Shown here piece after piece: positions 29,688 to 42,362 of a DNA stretch of 64,000 nt (the first letter of the stretch is position 1; the number at the start of each line of letters is the position of its first letter). The notes beneath the pieces are model-generated. The model saw only the letters and a program-made list of their open reading frames with translations. It did not search any database and had not been told where the DNA came from. Made by a program: the position numbers and the translations under genes. The stretch comes from Octopus vulgaris (Eukaryota), in the NCBI GenBank assembly GCA_951406725.2, contig OX597826.1, forward strand, positions 37,882,001-37,946,000, read 5' to 3'.

Positions 29688-29715
<28 letters not shown>

Positions 29716-29718
<3 letters not shown>

Positions 29719-30348
29719 ATTGTTTTTGTTAAGCAGCGTCGATTTTTACAATTCTGTAAATAATAATAATATTTTATAAGCTTAAAGCTTATTATAAGCG
29801 ATCACCGTGTAATGTCTAAAGTAAATAGTGTAAACTATATATACACCAACGTGTAAAGTAAATATACACCAATGCACAACCTACTTCTTTCCCTCTGATT
29901 TAAATCTGATTCAATCAATGAGGTGTGGGTTCGAGTCCCAACACGTATGAGGAAACCTACTTTTTTCTGTCGAGGGCCTATATGCCCCTTTACTAAACAT
30001 TTTAGTCTTTAGTCATTAGTCATTATTTACAGAATTGCAAAAATTGATGCTGCTTAACAAACGCCGTCGCAGTAAAAGTACATGAAAGTTTGTTTACAAA
30101 AACGACACTACAAACTAATTATTGTTCTTAAATCTGACGGAAAGAAGCAGGTTGTGCGTTGGTGTAAATGGCTAGCATACTCGGCGCAAAAACGAAGAGG
30201 GTTGGGTTCGAATCCCACGCGTACGGGAAAAACCTACTATTTTCCGTCGAGGGCTTATATACACCATTATTAAACAATTTTCTTTAGTCATTGCGCAGCG
30301 ATCGACTTTACGCTTTAAGCTTATAAAATATTATTATTATTATGTACA

Positions 30349-30352
<4 letters not shown>
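29716..30352 (+). mobile_element. Non-coding element with tRNA-like module, partial tandem repeat and 5' inverted segment, in (TA)n
   Basis: 29716-29905 is a mosaic inverted copy of parts of 30025-30350; 29920-30020 directly repeats ~30197-30292. Confidence 0.7.
30154..30224 (+). other. tRNA-like Pol III module (pseudo-tRNA, not a functional tRNA)
   Basis: 71 nt; acceptor GTGCGT/GCGTAC; A-box TGGTGTAAATGGCTAGCA; T-arm TGGG-TTCGAAT-CCCA; degenerate anticodon arm. Confidence 0.6.
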
Positions 30353-30403
<51 letters not shown>

Positions 30404-30404
<1 letters not shown>

Positions 30405-30567
30405 GACGAGCTTCTTTCAGTTTCCGTCTGCCAAATGCACTCACAAGGCTTTAGTCGGCCTGAGGCTATAGTAGAAGACACTTGCCCACGGTGCCACGCA
30501 GTGGGACTGAACCCGGAACCATGTAGTTGGGAAGACGCTTCTTACCACACAGCCACTCTTGTGCCTA
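30404..30567 (-). mobile_element. CORE-type tRNA-SINE, 5' half
   Basis: Sense GTGGCTGTGTGGTAAGAAG..GGTTCAGTCCC..GGCACCGTGGGCAAGTGTCTT. Confidence 0.85.
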
Positions 30568-30640
30568 TATAATATTTGTAAACAAAAACGGAAGCTAATA
30601 AGTTACGGAGAAAAAAGCGACTGCTAATGTCTTTTATACA

Positions 30641-30672
<32 letters not shown>

Positions 30673-30673
<1 letters not shown>

Positions 30674-30865
30674 CGCGAGTGGTGCTGAAAAGTTCCTGGC
30701 TTTGGGTGAAAAAAATACAGGACGATCAGTTAAGATTTTATTCAACATACTCCCCTCTCAGATTCACACATTTATTGCAGTGGTTCTTCAGTTTTTCTAA
30801 GCCCTGGAATAGAACTCGGAAGGTTGGGCCTCCAACCAGGCCTTTCGCAATACCCCCAAAGCCAT
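30673..30865 (-). mobile_element. Mariner 3' end with TIR
   Basis: FQGLEKLKNHCNKCVNLRGEYVE* on the minus strand; TIR-like CGAGTGGTGCTGAAAAGTTCCTGGC next to TA. Confidence 0.8.
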
Positions 30866-30897
30866 GAACATTTTAGCACACACACACCCTATCTCGT

Positions 30898-30991
<94 letters not shown>

Positions 30992-30993
<2 letters not shown>

Positions 30994-31017
30994 GGGGCAA
31001 ATACCCCGAAACTAGTC
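30992..31017 (+). ncRNA. 5'-truncated hammerhead half (stem II-GAAA-stem III-UC)
   Basis: A-GGGG-CAAATA-CCCC-GAAA-CTAG-TC; the CUGA box is replaced by the (GATA)n tract. Confidence 0.5.
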
Positions 31018-31252
31018 TGTAGATGCCAGACCAGCAAGGTGAAGCGGCTGACCTCCACTGTTCGAAGGTTATAATGGACACAAGTTCGTGTGTCACATAG
31101 TTAGCTAGCTAGCTAGAGGCGACGGCCTCTTGGAGCTAATCAACGTCAGCATTCGTCCTATTTTCCTGGACTGCCATGTCAGCTTGGCGATAACAACTAA
31201 TATCCAGTACCGCTGCTGTAGTCTCCTTTAGAGAGACTTAGAAATATTAATT

Positions 31253-31311
<59 letters not shown>

Positions 31312-31924
31312 CTGTTATATAATATACACCCTAAAAATAAGCGGAACATTATTGTCTTGACAATCACAGACATATATAAGCATTATATTCCACGAGTCTT
31401 TTCACCATTATACACCAATCTATTTTATTCGATTTAATTCTACCTCAATTTAATGTACCTGTAAAATCAGTTTTAATATTTTACCTGAGGTGTGGCAAGG
31501 TTTAATGATCTGAGGAAGTTTGAATTAAAACTTCCGTATGGTAGATTCTATCACTTCAATATCCAATAAATTTCACAGACCAAAATGAATAAAATAGTTT
31601 TTTAAAAAGTTCAAAAAATTAAAAACTCCAATAATTCTTTTTTTTTTTCATTTTTATACCAAATTAAATATGGTTTATTTTGTAATGGTTCAATGTATTT
31701 GTTTGGGTGGAGTTTTGTCGCAAAACTGCAGGTTAAAACTCTTTCATTAGAGAAATGTTCATTGAAGTGATTGGAGCGGGAGAAGAAGGGATATCAAATT
31801 ATCAATTTGTATTATAATTTGCAAATTAACAGAAGCAGAGTGTGGCGGAGGGGAGTGATGAGGAAAAGAGAAAGGTGGATGCTAACTACGAGCGGCGTTA
31901 ACAAGATACTGGTCCAATTAATGA

Positions 31925-31987
<63 letters not shown>

Positions 31988-32722
31988 CGGTTCTGGGGGT
32001 CTTGGAGGTGGTGGTGGTAGTGATGGTAGTAGTTGTGGTGGTTTAGATAATGGTGATGGTGGTAGTAGCAGCAGTGGTATTGGCGGTGGGGATGGGTGTG
32101 GGTGTAGTGCTAGCAGGCGTAGTGGTGGAGATAGTGATTGAGGTAGAGATAACAGTAATGATGGTGATGCTGTTGTTGTTGTTGTTGTTGTTGTTGTTGG
32201 TAGCGGTGCTGGTGCTGGTGGTGTTGGTGCTGGTGGTGATGCTGGCACTGGTGATTGTCATCAAATATTAAAATCCGGATACAAAAGTAATGTTTGTAAA
32301 TTACCAAATAAACAGACAAACCTGAAAACGTGGTAATGAGGTTGAATATACATCATTTGTGAGTATTGTAGAGAGGTTGGGGAACGGGAGGGGGAGACGG
32401 GAAGACAAAAACAACAACAGCAACAACAGCAACAACAGCAACAACAGCGGCAGCAACAGCAGCAGCAGTACTTTGTAATTTCTGTGGAAGAATTAAATTT
32501 TTCAAACTCTGAGGTTTCGCTATAGTGTGTGGGTGTATGAGTAGGTTGTTGTACATATGTGAATACGTGTGTGTGTGTGTATATATGTTTGTGCATATTG
32601 CTGCGTATATAGCTGCTTATGTGTTCATATATTTCAATATACAAGTGGGTGTATATGTGGGCTGGTGTATATCTGTGTATACGTGTGGATATTGCTGAGT
32701 GTAGAACGATATGTATGCTTCA

Positions 32723-32771
<49 letters not shown>

Positions 32772-32795
32772 TATATTATATATATATATATGTAC

Positions 32796-32838
<43 letters not shown>

Positions 32839-32896
32839 CTGTGTGTGTGTCTGTGTGTGTATACATATATATATATATGCATATGTGGATGTTTAA

Positions 32897-33246
32897 TGGC
32901 CCAGTTGTTAGGGCAGCGGACTCGCGGTCGAAGGATCGCGATTTCGATTCCCAGATTGGGCGTTGTGAGTGTTTATTGAGCAAAAAACCCTAAAGCTCCA
33001 CGAGGCAGGGGTTGGAGTGAACCCTACTATACTCATTTGCTACAAATTTCTCTCACTCTTCCTTCCTGTTTCTGTTGTACTAGTATTTCAAAGGGGCCAA
33101 CATTGTCACACTCTGTGACACGTTCAATCTCCCCGAGAACTACGTTGTCTGTGGAGTGCTCAGCCACTTGCACGTTAATTTCACGAGCAGCCTGTTCCAT
33201 TGATCGGATCAAGTGAAACCCTCGTCGTGGAAGCCAACGGAGTGCA
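32897..33246 (+). mobile_element. tRNA-derived SINE (third family)
   Basis: A-box TGGCCCAGTTGTTAGGGC, B-box-like GATTTCGATTCCC; 3' body shared with 4550-4815. Confidence 0.75.
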
Positions 33247-33900
33247 ACGCCGATGTATATATGTATATACTTATGTATATGCATGTATATGTGTGTGTGT
33301 GTTTCTATGCGTGTGGTGTGTATGTCACTTACTGTAAATATGTGCATATGTATATGTCTATATTTATCTGAATGTTGCGTATAAAGCTCTGTAGGTCAGT
33401 AAGCATGTGTTTCAATACATATGTGTGTGTGTTGTATATATATGTATATATGTACATGTACAGATGTGTGTATGAGTGCAGCTGCCAACATATGTCACTA
33501 TCTTTGTACTTGGTTGGATATATGTATGTCTATCTGTGTATACGTATGTATATATGTAAGGTTGAGTAACAGTGTGCGTGCGTGTGTGTGTTTGTGTGTG
33601 TGTGTGAATTTGCATACGTGCTTGCATGTTTGAGTAAATGTGCATTAAAGGGGAAGTGTTGTCTTTTAATGCTGTTGTCCTTATTCCCTGTTTCGGCACC
33701 ATCAACAACACTACCTCCCACACACACACACTTTCATCATCATCATCATCATAAGCTTCATCATCATTGTAGTTGTTGTCATTAGCCTCATCAACAACAA
33801 TATCACTACAGGAATAGCTACGATATAAATATATAGAAACATACATACATACGTATACACACACATACATACATACATACATACATACATACATTCATAC

Positions 33901-34062
<162 letters not shown>

Positions 34063-34070
34063 TATATACA

Positions 34071-34331
34071 CAGAGAGAGGCTGGTGCAAAAGTAGGTATA
34101 CAGTTATGAAAAAGAAAACACGTATAATACTCATTCATTTTTATTTTTAAAAATTAAGTTACGATTAAAGTATTATGAGAGTTATGATAAATGTATATTA
34201 TGATTAACGACGCTGAAAATATCAAAAATGAGGCTAACTAATTTAATGTGCTAATAAATTAAGCATCATAATGAATTAAGTATTATAACATCGATGTGAT
34301 ACTGTATACCTACTTTTGCACCCAACATCGA
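34071..34331. mobile_element. Tc1/mariner-type MITE
   Basis: Perfect 22-bp inverted repeat GGTGCAAAAGTAGGTATACAGT (34083-34104) / ACTGTATACCTACTTTTGCACC (34301-34322); TA-rich flanks. Confidence 0.75.
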
Positions 34332-34410
34332 TATATATATATATGTATACATACATATATGTGTTTTTGTGTGAGTGAGTGTGTGTGTATGTGTGTATGT
34401 GTGTGTGTGT

Positions 34411-34452
<42 letters not shown>

Positions 34453-34558
34453 ATGCATACGCATATACACACATGTCAACTATTTCTTCATCTGTTTCTT
34501 CTGTCTTCTGTTTCTTTTCTTCTATTTTATCTTTTTCCTCTCCTTTTTTCTTTCTTCC

Positions 34559-34631
<73 letters not shown>

Positions 34632-35675
34632 TATCATCCTCATCATTACTACTGTGCTCTTCTTTCATCGTTTTTCTCCTCCAATTCTAGCAGACTTAAC
34701 AACTTCTACTTCAACATGAGATCAATCATTATTAATGGTACCTTCAATATGGACAGTAGAATTTAAGAGTTAATATAACTACAGCTCTGCCTTGCATTCT
34801 TCTTGCCATTTTTTTTTTTACTTCTTCTCTATTTCTCTCTCTCACTGACTTTCTCTCGCTCTTTCTTTTTTTATCACGTCCACACACATGCACATATATA
34901 CTCGCATACAAACTCGCCATCTTTCTTTTTTCTCTCTCACCCATCTCACACCAGCTTCGCTTCGACAAAAGCCTTGTACCAATGAAATAATCACTTCAGA
35001 TGAAAGATGAAAGAATCTAAAAGAGGAGATCAAATCATGATCTTTGAATGACATAAGACTATAATGACAGGATAGTTACAATCTGCGATTTGATTTCTTC
35101 TGACTTCCTTCTTACATTGACATTTTCTTCCTATTTTCGTTCATGTCGGCTCTAAAAGAGCAAAATGCTAAAATAAGTCAGACCAATTTTTTGCAATATT
35201 TCCATAGATTATTTTTTATAGAACTTTAATCATTTTTTGTCTCTTTTTTGATTTTTTATTTGCTGTTTTTATTTCTATTTTCTGGAACTATTCGGTAATA
35301 TTTCACGAAAATTCTTCACACTACAAATTTCTTGCAATAAAAAAAATCTCTCTTCATTTTGGATTTTTTGCTTTAATTTTTATTTTCCTTTTTATTAATA
35401 AACATAGATTTTTGAAAGTCACAGCTAAGAAAATATGTTAATGTTCGCGTCAGTATTTTCCATTTTATGAGTTAAGGGAAAAGAAATCTTGGTTTGCTTT
35501 TAAATTAAATTTTTGCTTTAATTTCACCAGTATAAATTCAGATTTATCTAAAACTTGTATTTCTTCTGCTTGACACTTTCATTCTGATCAGAATTTTCTT
35601 GACAGAAACATTGTATGCATAAAAAGAAACAGCGCCTGAGTATCATATATCTGCACTGACTCATTTCCACAGTCA

Positions 35676-35719
<44 letters not shown>

Positions 35720-35725
35720 AGATAT

Positions 35726-35786
<61 letters not shown>

Positions 35787-36389
35787 TCATATATATATAT
35801 ATACATATGCCGACTGACAACACAAAACCGATGTGTATGCGTATGTATGTGTGTCTGTCTGTCTGTGTATATGTATCTTCAGGAGAGGGCAATGTCTTCT
35901 CATGAATGTTTAAAAGTTTTGAATTTTTCAAAATATTGTTTCCGATAGCAACATGTTTAAGTTTAATGAAGAATTTCATAGAATGGTTTTCATACATTTC
36001 GAAGATTCATTAATTAGTGATTAATAACTAGATACGAACAATTACAAGTTGACTTCATGCTCAACATAAATGGTTCCGGAGGCAAGATTTCAATTTGTAT
36101 AATTATGGCAAATTGTTTGCAGAAATCTTTAGTTAGAAAGGTTGGCATGACACTATAGAGTTGACATCAATGAAAAGCCATCTTATTTATAAAGTTTTGT
36201 TCATTAAAATATTTCATGAACAAAAGTATTGAGCAGTGATTCAAAGAAACTTTGATGTTTTTATTCCGTTCTATATTTGCCATGCATGTTTTCAATCAAT
36301 AAGTCCTTAGCTTGTTTTCATTGCTTGCATTATTTTATCTCACTCTGTATATATATACACACACAAACACACACACACACACACACACC

Positions 36390-36600
36390 GCCATGCTGGT
36401 TCGTTAGTTACTGCACGCATTTTTTTTCTCACCTTCTTTCTGTGTTTTTTTCTCTCTGTGTATCTTTCTGTTGAAGAGCGTAGGCTCGAAACGTTAAAGA
36501 CTTGTTTTATTTATATTTCCTGAGCGCCATACTAATACAATTGTTTGTTTGTTTTCCACCTGCCTTCGTCTTTTGTCTATTTTCATAAAGCTTCCCGTTA
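36390..36600 (+). mobile_element. Non-coding PLE-terminus-like element with hammerhead (family B)
   Basis: Homologous to the reverse complement of 53835-54135 (gagcg..tgtttg..cacctgccttcgtcttttgt); ends in (TA)n. Confidence 0.7.
36463..36500 (+). ncRNA. Minimal type I hammerhead, A6U variant
   Basis: TCTTT-CTGTTGA-A-GAGC-GTAG-GCTC-GAAA-CG-TT-AAAGA. Confidence 0.7.
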
Positions 36601-36643
36601 TATATATACATATATATATATAATTCTTAAACACGAAAATGTT

Positions 36644-36722
36644 TGAGTAACTTCGATGTTTCGCCGGCCAATGACTCAGCTGGCCGAAATTTCGATAAGT
36701 ATAGAGAAACCCATCAGATTCA
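36644..36722 (-). ncRNA. Degenerate hammerhead-like motif
   Basis: TGAAT-CTGATGG-GTT[..GGCCAG..TTGGCC]GGC-GAAA-CATCGAAG-TT-ACTCA; core and stems carry mismatches. Confidence 0.4.
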
Positions 36723-37076
36723 TGTTTTCTTATACCCGAACATATATACATATTCTTTAAAAACTCTTATGTTTTTCAAAAAAAATTTTCAATTAATTCT
36801 TTTCTAAATCCTCTTAAATTACCTCAGATGAGAGAAATGTAGATGATTGTTATGATTGGAAACAACTCACCCATCTCAACCTACATATTCTCGAAACGGC
36901 CGTCTTCTTAAAATCATCTTCTACTACAATTTCATCTCTTTGGATTCCTGCCTTACATTCATCTTCTAATATCCTCTTGATTTCTTATACGGAGATACTA
37001 CCTCATATGATCTCATGCAAGTACATTTATGATTTATATGTGTTTATATATTTATATATTTGTATATTGTTATATC

Positions 37077-37126
<50 letters not shown>

Positions 37127-37128
<2 letters not shown>

Positions 37129-38097
37129 AAAAAAGGCAAGATAGAAAATGCTAAAATAATTTTATAAAAAACATTTCAGTACCGGTTTCAGTCATTGAGA
37201 CTTTTTCAACTGTAACAATTAGATAATTAAATTTAGAAAAATTAAAAGATAAGTTTTTTAAAAGAATATTTGTATAGTGTTCAAATACAAGTGGCATTTT
37301 CCTTGTTTCTGCCTGTCTCTGTCTCTCTTGTTTACTCTTGTGGGTTCGAGGTCGTTGTGAATTCTTGGTAGGGAAGAAGAAGAAGAAGAAGAAGAAGAAG
37401 AAGAAGAAGAAGAAGGAAAAGAAGGGGGAGAAGGAGGAGGAGGAGGAGGAGGAGGAGGAGGAGGAGGAGGAAGAGAAGAAAAATGTGGGAGTACCATGAC
37501 AGTAGTATTTTGAATGATCAACAAATGACCCACAGTGGATGGTAGCAGTTGCTGTTCAGTTCATGAAAATATGTCTTTTGAATGTCTTGTTTATAGAATT
37601 TGCGTAGGTGTTATTCTAAACAGCATTAGTGATAAAGTTAGGAAGGAGAAGGAATGAGAAGAAGAAGAAGAAGAAGAAGAAGAAGAAGAAGAAGAAGAAG
37701 AAGAAGAAGAAGAAAGGAGAATAAGAGGGAATGTAGATAGTGTGAAAGTTGTAAGGTGTTAAATGACTTAAAATTGGCACGTTATGGATTCTAGCAGTGA
37801 TTGAGACTGTTTTTTAATGAATTCTTGGCAATCTCTTGAGTGTATCATTTTAAATATTTGCGTGTGTATTTGTGTTATTCTAAGGCCGAGGTGGATATGT
37901 CGTTTGCCGTAGACGTGTTCAGAAGAGGCCTGTATTTTGTAATAAAGAGAGTTTCTTTACTAATTCGTTTCAATCATTGAGACTTTTTCAACTGTAACAA
38001 TTAAATAATTAAATTTAGAAAAATTAAAAGAAAAGTTTTTTTTAAAGGAATATTTGTATAGTGTTCAAATACAAGTGGCATTTTCCTTGTTTCTGCC
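37127..38097 (-). mobile_element. PLE 3' region with partial tandem pseudo-LTR (family of 28214)
   Basis: 37185-37313 is repeated at 37967-38097; degenerate GIY-YIG end at 37895-37965. Confidence 0.85.
37177..37212 (-). ncRNA. Minimal hammerhead, U3-A8 variant
   Basis: CAG-TTGAAAA-AGTC-TCAAT-GACT-GAAA-CCGG-TA-CTG. Confidence 0.75.
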
Positions 38098-38879
38098 ATA
38101 ACAACAGGTGCCTTTCGAATGGGGACGAATTGAATTCAGCTGAGTTCAAATTAATGTTTGGGTTATATTTCTTTGAATTTTTAATCTATTTGATTTCTTG
38201 CTTCTTTATGCTTTTTTATTTTATTTATCTTGTAACAACAAAAGCAAGAATATGGTGGAATTACCTGGAATTTCTTGTTAAGAGAAGAGAGTTCTACTTA
38301 AAGGGAGATAATTGCTTCTATGTTTATGTTTCATATGTTGAGTAATCATTATCAAAGAGTAAAGAGCATACATGTATACCTGTATAATTATTTTTTTCTC
38401 TCTGTTATTTCCATGCGATAAGGTCTTTAAAGTCAGTGGAATTGCACCATTTCATCCGTTTTCTAGATTTGTCAGCATTATATATAATTCGGGATTTAGA
38501 ATTAAGATAAATGCAATTAAAAACGATCTTTTTCTTTCTTTCTCTTTTACTCTTTCGTCTTCTAAAAGAGGAGAAAAGATGAGGGTGATAGAGATAGAGA
38601 GAAAATAGCAAGAATATGAAGAAGAAGAAGAAGAAGAAGAAGAAGAAGAAGAAGAAGAAGAAGAAGAAGAAGAAGGAGGAGGAGGAGGAGGAGGAAGAGG
38701 GAAGAATGAGATGTATGAGAATTGTCTAAACTTAAACTAACATATAACGGAGAGCAAATGAACTCGACAGAGTACAACTGACCCAAACGAAAGAAAAGTT
38801 TACAAACATAAGATTAAATATTAAAACAAAGCTAGATGCAAGAAAAGTAAATAAACATGAAAAGACTAGCTACTGTGGT

Positions 38880-39120
38880 AATAATTTCTAGTTGCATTAT
38901 ATTCGCTGTTTGACATTAAGTAAATTAACCAGACTAGACAGGAAAACAAGAGAGCATAATGACTGCTTTTAGACTACATTTAGAATATACCATCCAACCA
39001 CAGATAGATCTGTTACATTCCCGGAAAGAGTCGGAAATAATTATGAAATATCTACTATCGGACTACAAAAGTATTTAGAAACGAATGAAGTGGAACTAAA
39101 AAAATATAGCTAAAAGACAT
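38880..39120 (+). mobile_element. Degenerate R4/Dong-type LINE internal fragment
   Basis: LTRLDRKTR..HPTTD..YIP, homologous to the LDRTTRK..LHPKANVHRLY segment at 59400-59495. Confidence 0.5.
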
Positions 39121-40879
39121 GGAGAGTAAAAACAAAAATTAAGTGAGCTGTGATCGAGAGACTCGGTGTTCGTAGTTGATGAAGCGTAACGACTCACAAA
39201 CTTGTGTCCTACGGTCCAGTCATTTATAGCTCAGTGACACAAGTAATTCATAAGGAATATTATCTCTCCCGAGAAAATTTCCGCGGTGATGGCTTTTCCA
39301 TGTCCAAGTGTACTTATAATCGTACATGCGTGTTAAATGTAGTTGTACACAGCTAAATATAAAGCAGTTTTCTGTCTTCAAGGAAAGCATTGTGTATACG
39401 TGAGATATGGCTGAAGTAGTTGATAGTTGGGAGATGAACGGAGAGAGTCACACAAAAGTGAAAACAGGGGGTGTGATAATTATAATGATGAAAAGAAAAA
39501 CTTGAATATGGGCAACACCAAAGACTACAGGCCAAAGGTTGATGGAGTGGGTATATTTTTTTCTATTTTTTATAACGGAAAATCAAACCTTCTCCGAGAA
39601 TTTTCAATAACATAGAAAATGGCAATATTCAAAGGGTAACAGCAAAATTGACGGAGAGAGAAGAAACGATTAATGACATTGTTTCTGGCCGCCCAATTTT
39701 AACCAATGATATTCACAGAGAAATAAGTACAAAGGACAATTGGGATACTGGTAACAATGAAAATGTATGTCTCCTGCTCAATATATCACTCCTAATAGAT
39801 GTCAGATGATGTCTAAAAGAAATACAGTCATTATACCATCACAAATATTTGCAAATAGAGGCAACCAGTGTCGTCTACATGCTTTGAACTATCCTCTCAC
39901 CCGAAACGACAGCCATTTTTCTACCTCTCATAACAAATTTATTGACACACAACTTTTCTTTGAAAAATATCCAGATAGGGTATAAAAACTAACCAGGCTG
40001 GGAATAAATTTATATACGAATTTGAAACAGTATTATAGGAAAATACCGGTATGTATAACATTTATGGTGTATATACAAACATAGAACAACACTAGCTGTA
40101 ATGCTTTTTGTCACGGAGAAACTTCAAAGAGACCTGTGTGTTAGAAAATAGAGTTCTTCGCTCAGAATGGCGCCGAATCAGCGAACACGTTGTTTCGACG
40201 TAATTCTTGCTTGGTTATCTTTCACACAAATTAGTTAAAATTTCGTCTACGGATTTCTATATCAGCATGGGTCACAGTATGCGTCACGGAGGAGTCCAAA
40301 ATCAGATCGACACACTATATTTGGCGATCCCCTACCATTCTGAGCAAAGCATTGTGTCTTTTAATGCGTAAGTCTCTTTGAGAATTTTCTCTGAGACAAA
40401 ATATTATATCTAATGCTGTTCTTTACACATATATACATACACACACATATATACACATACATATACATACAAACATATACACACACATATATACTCATTT
40501 ATCAAAATGTATGTGTGGGTATATATACATATATATACATACATATATATACATAGATATATACATACATATATACATATACATATATACATACATATAT
40601 ATACATATATACATATATATATATACATATATACATACTTATATATGTATATACATATATACATATATATACATATATATATATACATATATATATACAT
40701 ATATATACATATATATACATATATATATATATGTATGTATGTATGCATGTATGTATGTATGTATGTATGTATATACAAAGAGAGAAAGAGAAAAGACGAC
40801 ATTCATACACTATATAGATGTTTTTAAATAGAGAACCAAAGATAAATGATTTTATTGTTGTCTTCTTTAACCGTTGATT

Positions 40880-41400
40880 CAAAGAAAGTTGGTGAATGTT
40901 TTTTTTCTTTCGTTTGTCTGATGAAGAAATTAGTTGCTAGGTGAGAGAAAAAGTGGCTGATATTTGCAGGAAGTTAGTATGACATGAAGAGTTGGAATAT
41001 GCAAGCTATTTCATTTCTCCGACAAACCTATTGAAAGTTAACTGGACACTGGTCTTTTCTTTCTCTTTGCATACCACTCAATAACGCAGCTTGCATATCA
41101 GCAACCGTTTGTGAAGAATTTTACAAGAAAAGGGTGACATTACATCCATCATCTCCCAAACATATCATTGTTAATGGATTCTCATGGAGAACAAGTGTCA
41201 TCTCTTTTATGAAGAACCATTGTAACTATTTTTCTTGTTCTTCAATTGCCTTAGTTTGAATGACCTCTCTGACATTGACTGTTCCTAATTCAATAAGGTC
41301 TTCACTCTATAATACTTCCTCGTCACATTAATTCTTCTATGTCATTCACATCAAACTTTAATTCAAGTTGCTCAGCAAGCTCCGACATTCTAGATGCCAA
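40880..41400 (-). mobile_element. Highly degenerate mariner transposase fragment
   Basis: Remnants resembling the HxxYSPDLAPSD (~40960-41005) and TGDEKW regions; many indels. Confidence 0.45.
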
Positions 41401-42214
41401 CAGTATAATTCTTTATGGAGGCAGAAATAGGGTGGTTCGTTGGCAATGAAATTGGTCGCAGAATCTTAGAATTGCAAATTTAATTTCTGTTACGATTAAT
41501 ATCACTCTACAGCATTGATTCTATAGCTAATAAAATGAGTATCAAAACTTAACAAGAGACAAAATCTGAAAATAAACACGAACAACATTGTAATGAATCC
41601 TTAAACACGAATAACATTTTCCAAAAAACCCAAACTTAGATTCCTATAATATTCTGTATATGCAAACACTATATTGTAGTTATTCACAATATAAAGTTCA
41701 TAATAGATGGGAATAAAACCTTACATAGCAAGGTTAAAAGACAGCAACTTTCAAGGTCGCATAGTAAAAAATGTCAAGGTTATATAACATCAAATGCCAA
41801 GTTTACAAAATTGTCACATGTCAAAATTACTCCAACAACAATTGAAACAAACTCCAGGTCAATAGAATACGGTAATTCGATCTGCTACACAAACAACAGC
41901 GAAATCTCACCCCACCCCCCATCACCCCACCCCCACCCCCCACTTCACAATACACTCACAGTGTTTTAGAAAATGCAGCTCTTGATACACTATGTCTGAA
42001 TAAAAGACAACATGGTCATGGCTGGAGTGCATTTAACCATAGTCCTGCTCTATGAGAGCTGAGAAAAATCTAAAAAGCGAAAGATTTCAATGAAATCCTA
42101 ACTGATCTATGTCAGTTAGGAGATATATATTTATACAGAACGTTGCAGAAGATTGTGACATTTCGGATCTAAAATTCGTTTGATACCTATATGTATATAT
42201 GTATGTGTATGCAT

Positions 42215-42362
42215 GTAGGTAGGTAGGTAGGTAGGTAGGTAGGTAGGTAGGTAGGTAGGTAGGTAGGACGTATGTAGTAGGTAAGTAGGTAGGTAGGTAG
42301 GTAGGTAGGTAGGTAGTAGGTACGTAGGTAGGTAGGTAGGTAGGTAGGTAGGTAGTAGGTAG
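42215..42362. repeat. (GTAG)n microsatellite
   Basis: Direct reading. Confidence 0.9.

Larger units (their letters stand above)
28214..29688 (-). mobile_element. 5'-truncated Penelope-like element (PLE) in (TA)n
   Basis: GIY-YIG ORF, (TTC/TCA)n-rich 3' region and terminal hammerhead motif; (TA)n on both sides. Confidence 0.92.

Noticed and set aside
30154-30224. Functional tRNA gene
   Set aside because: Anticodon arm is mispaired and the module is embedded in a repeated element
31505-31555. CTGAGGA followed by an AAGTTT/AAACTT stem, possible hammerhead
   Set aside because: No GAAA box after the stem
31920-32260. Pro/Thr/His-rich ORFs
   Set aside because: Compound (GTA/GTG/GTT)n trinucleotide repeat
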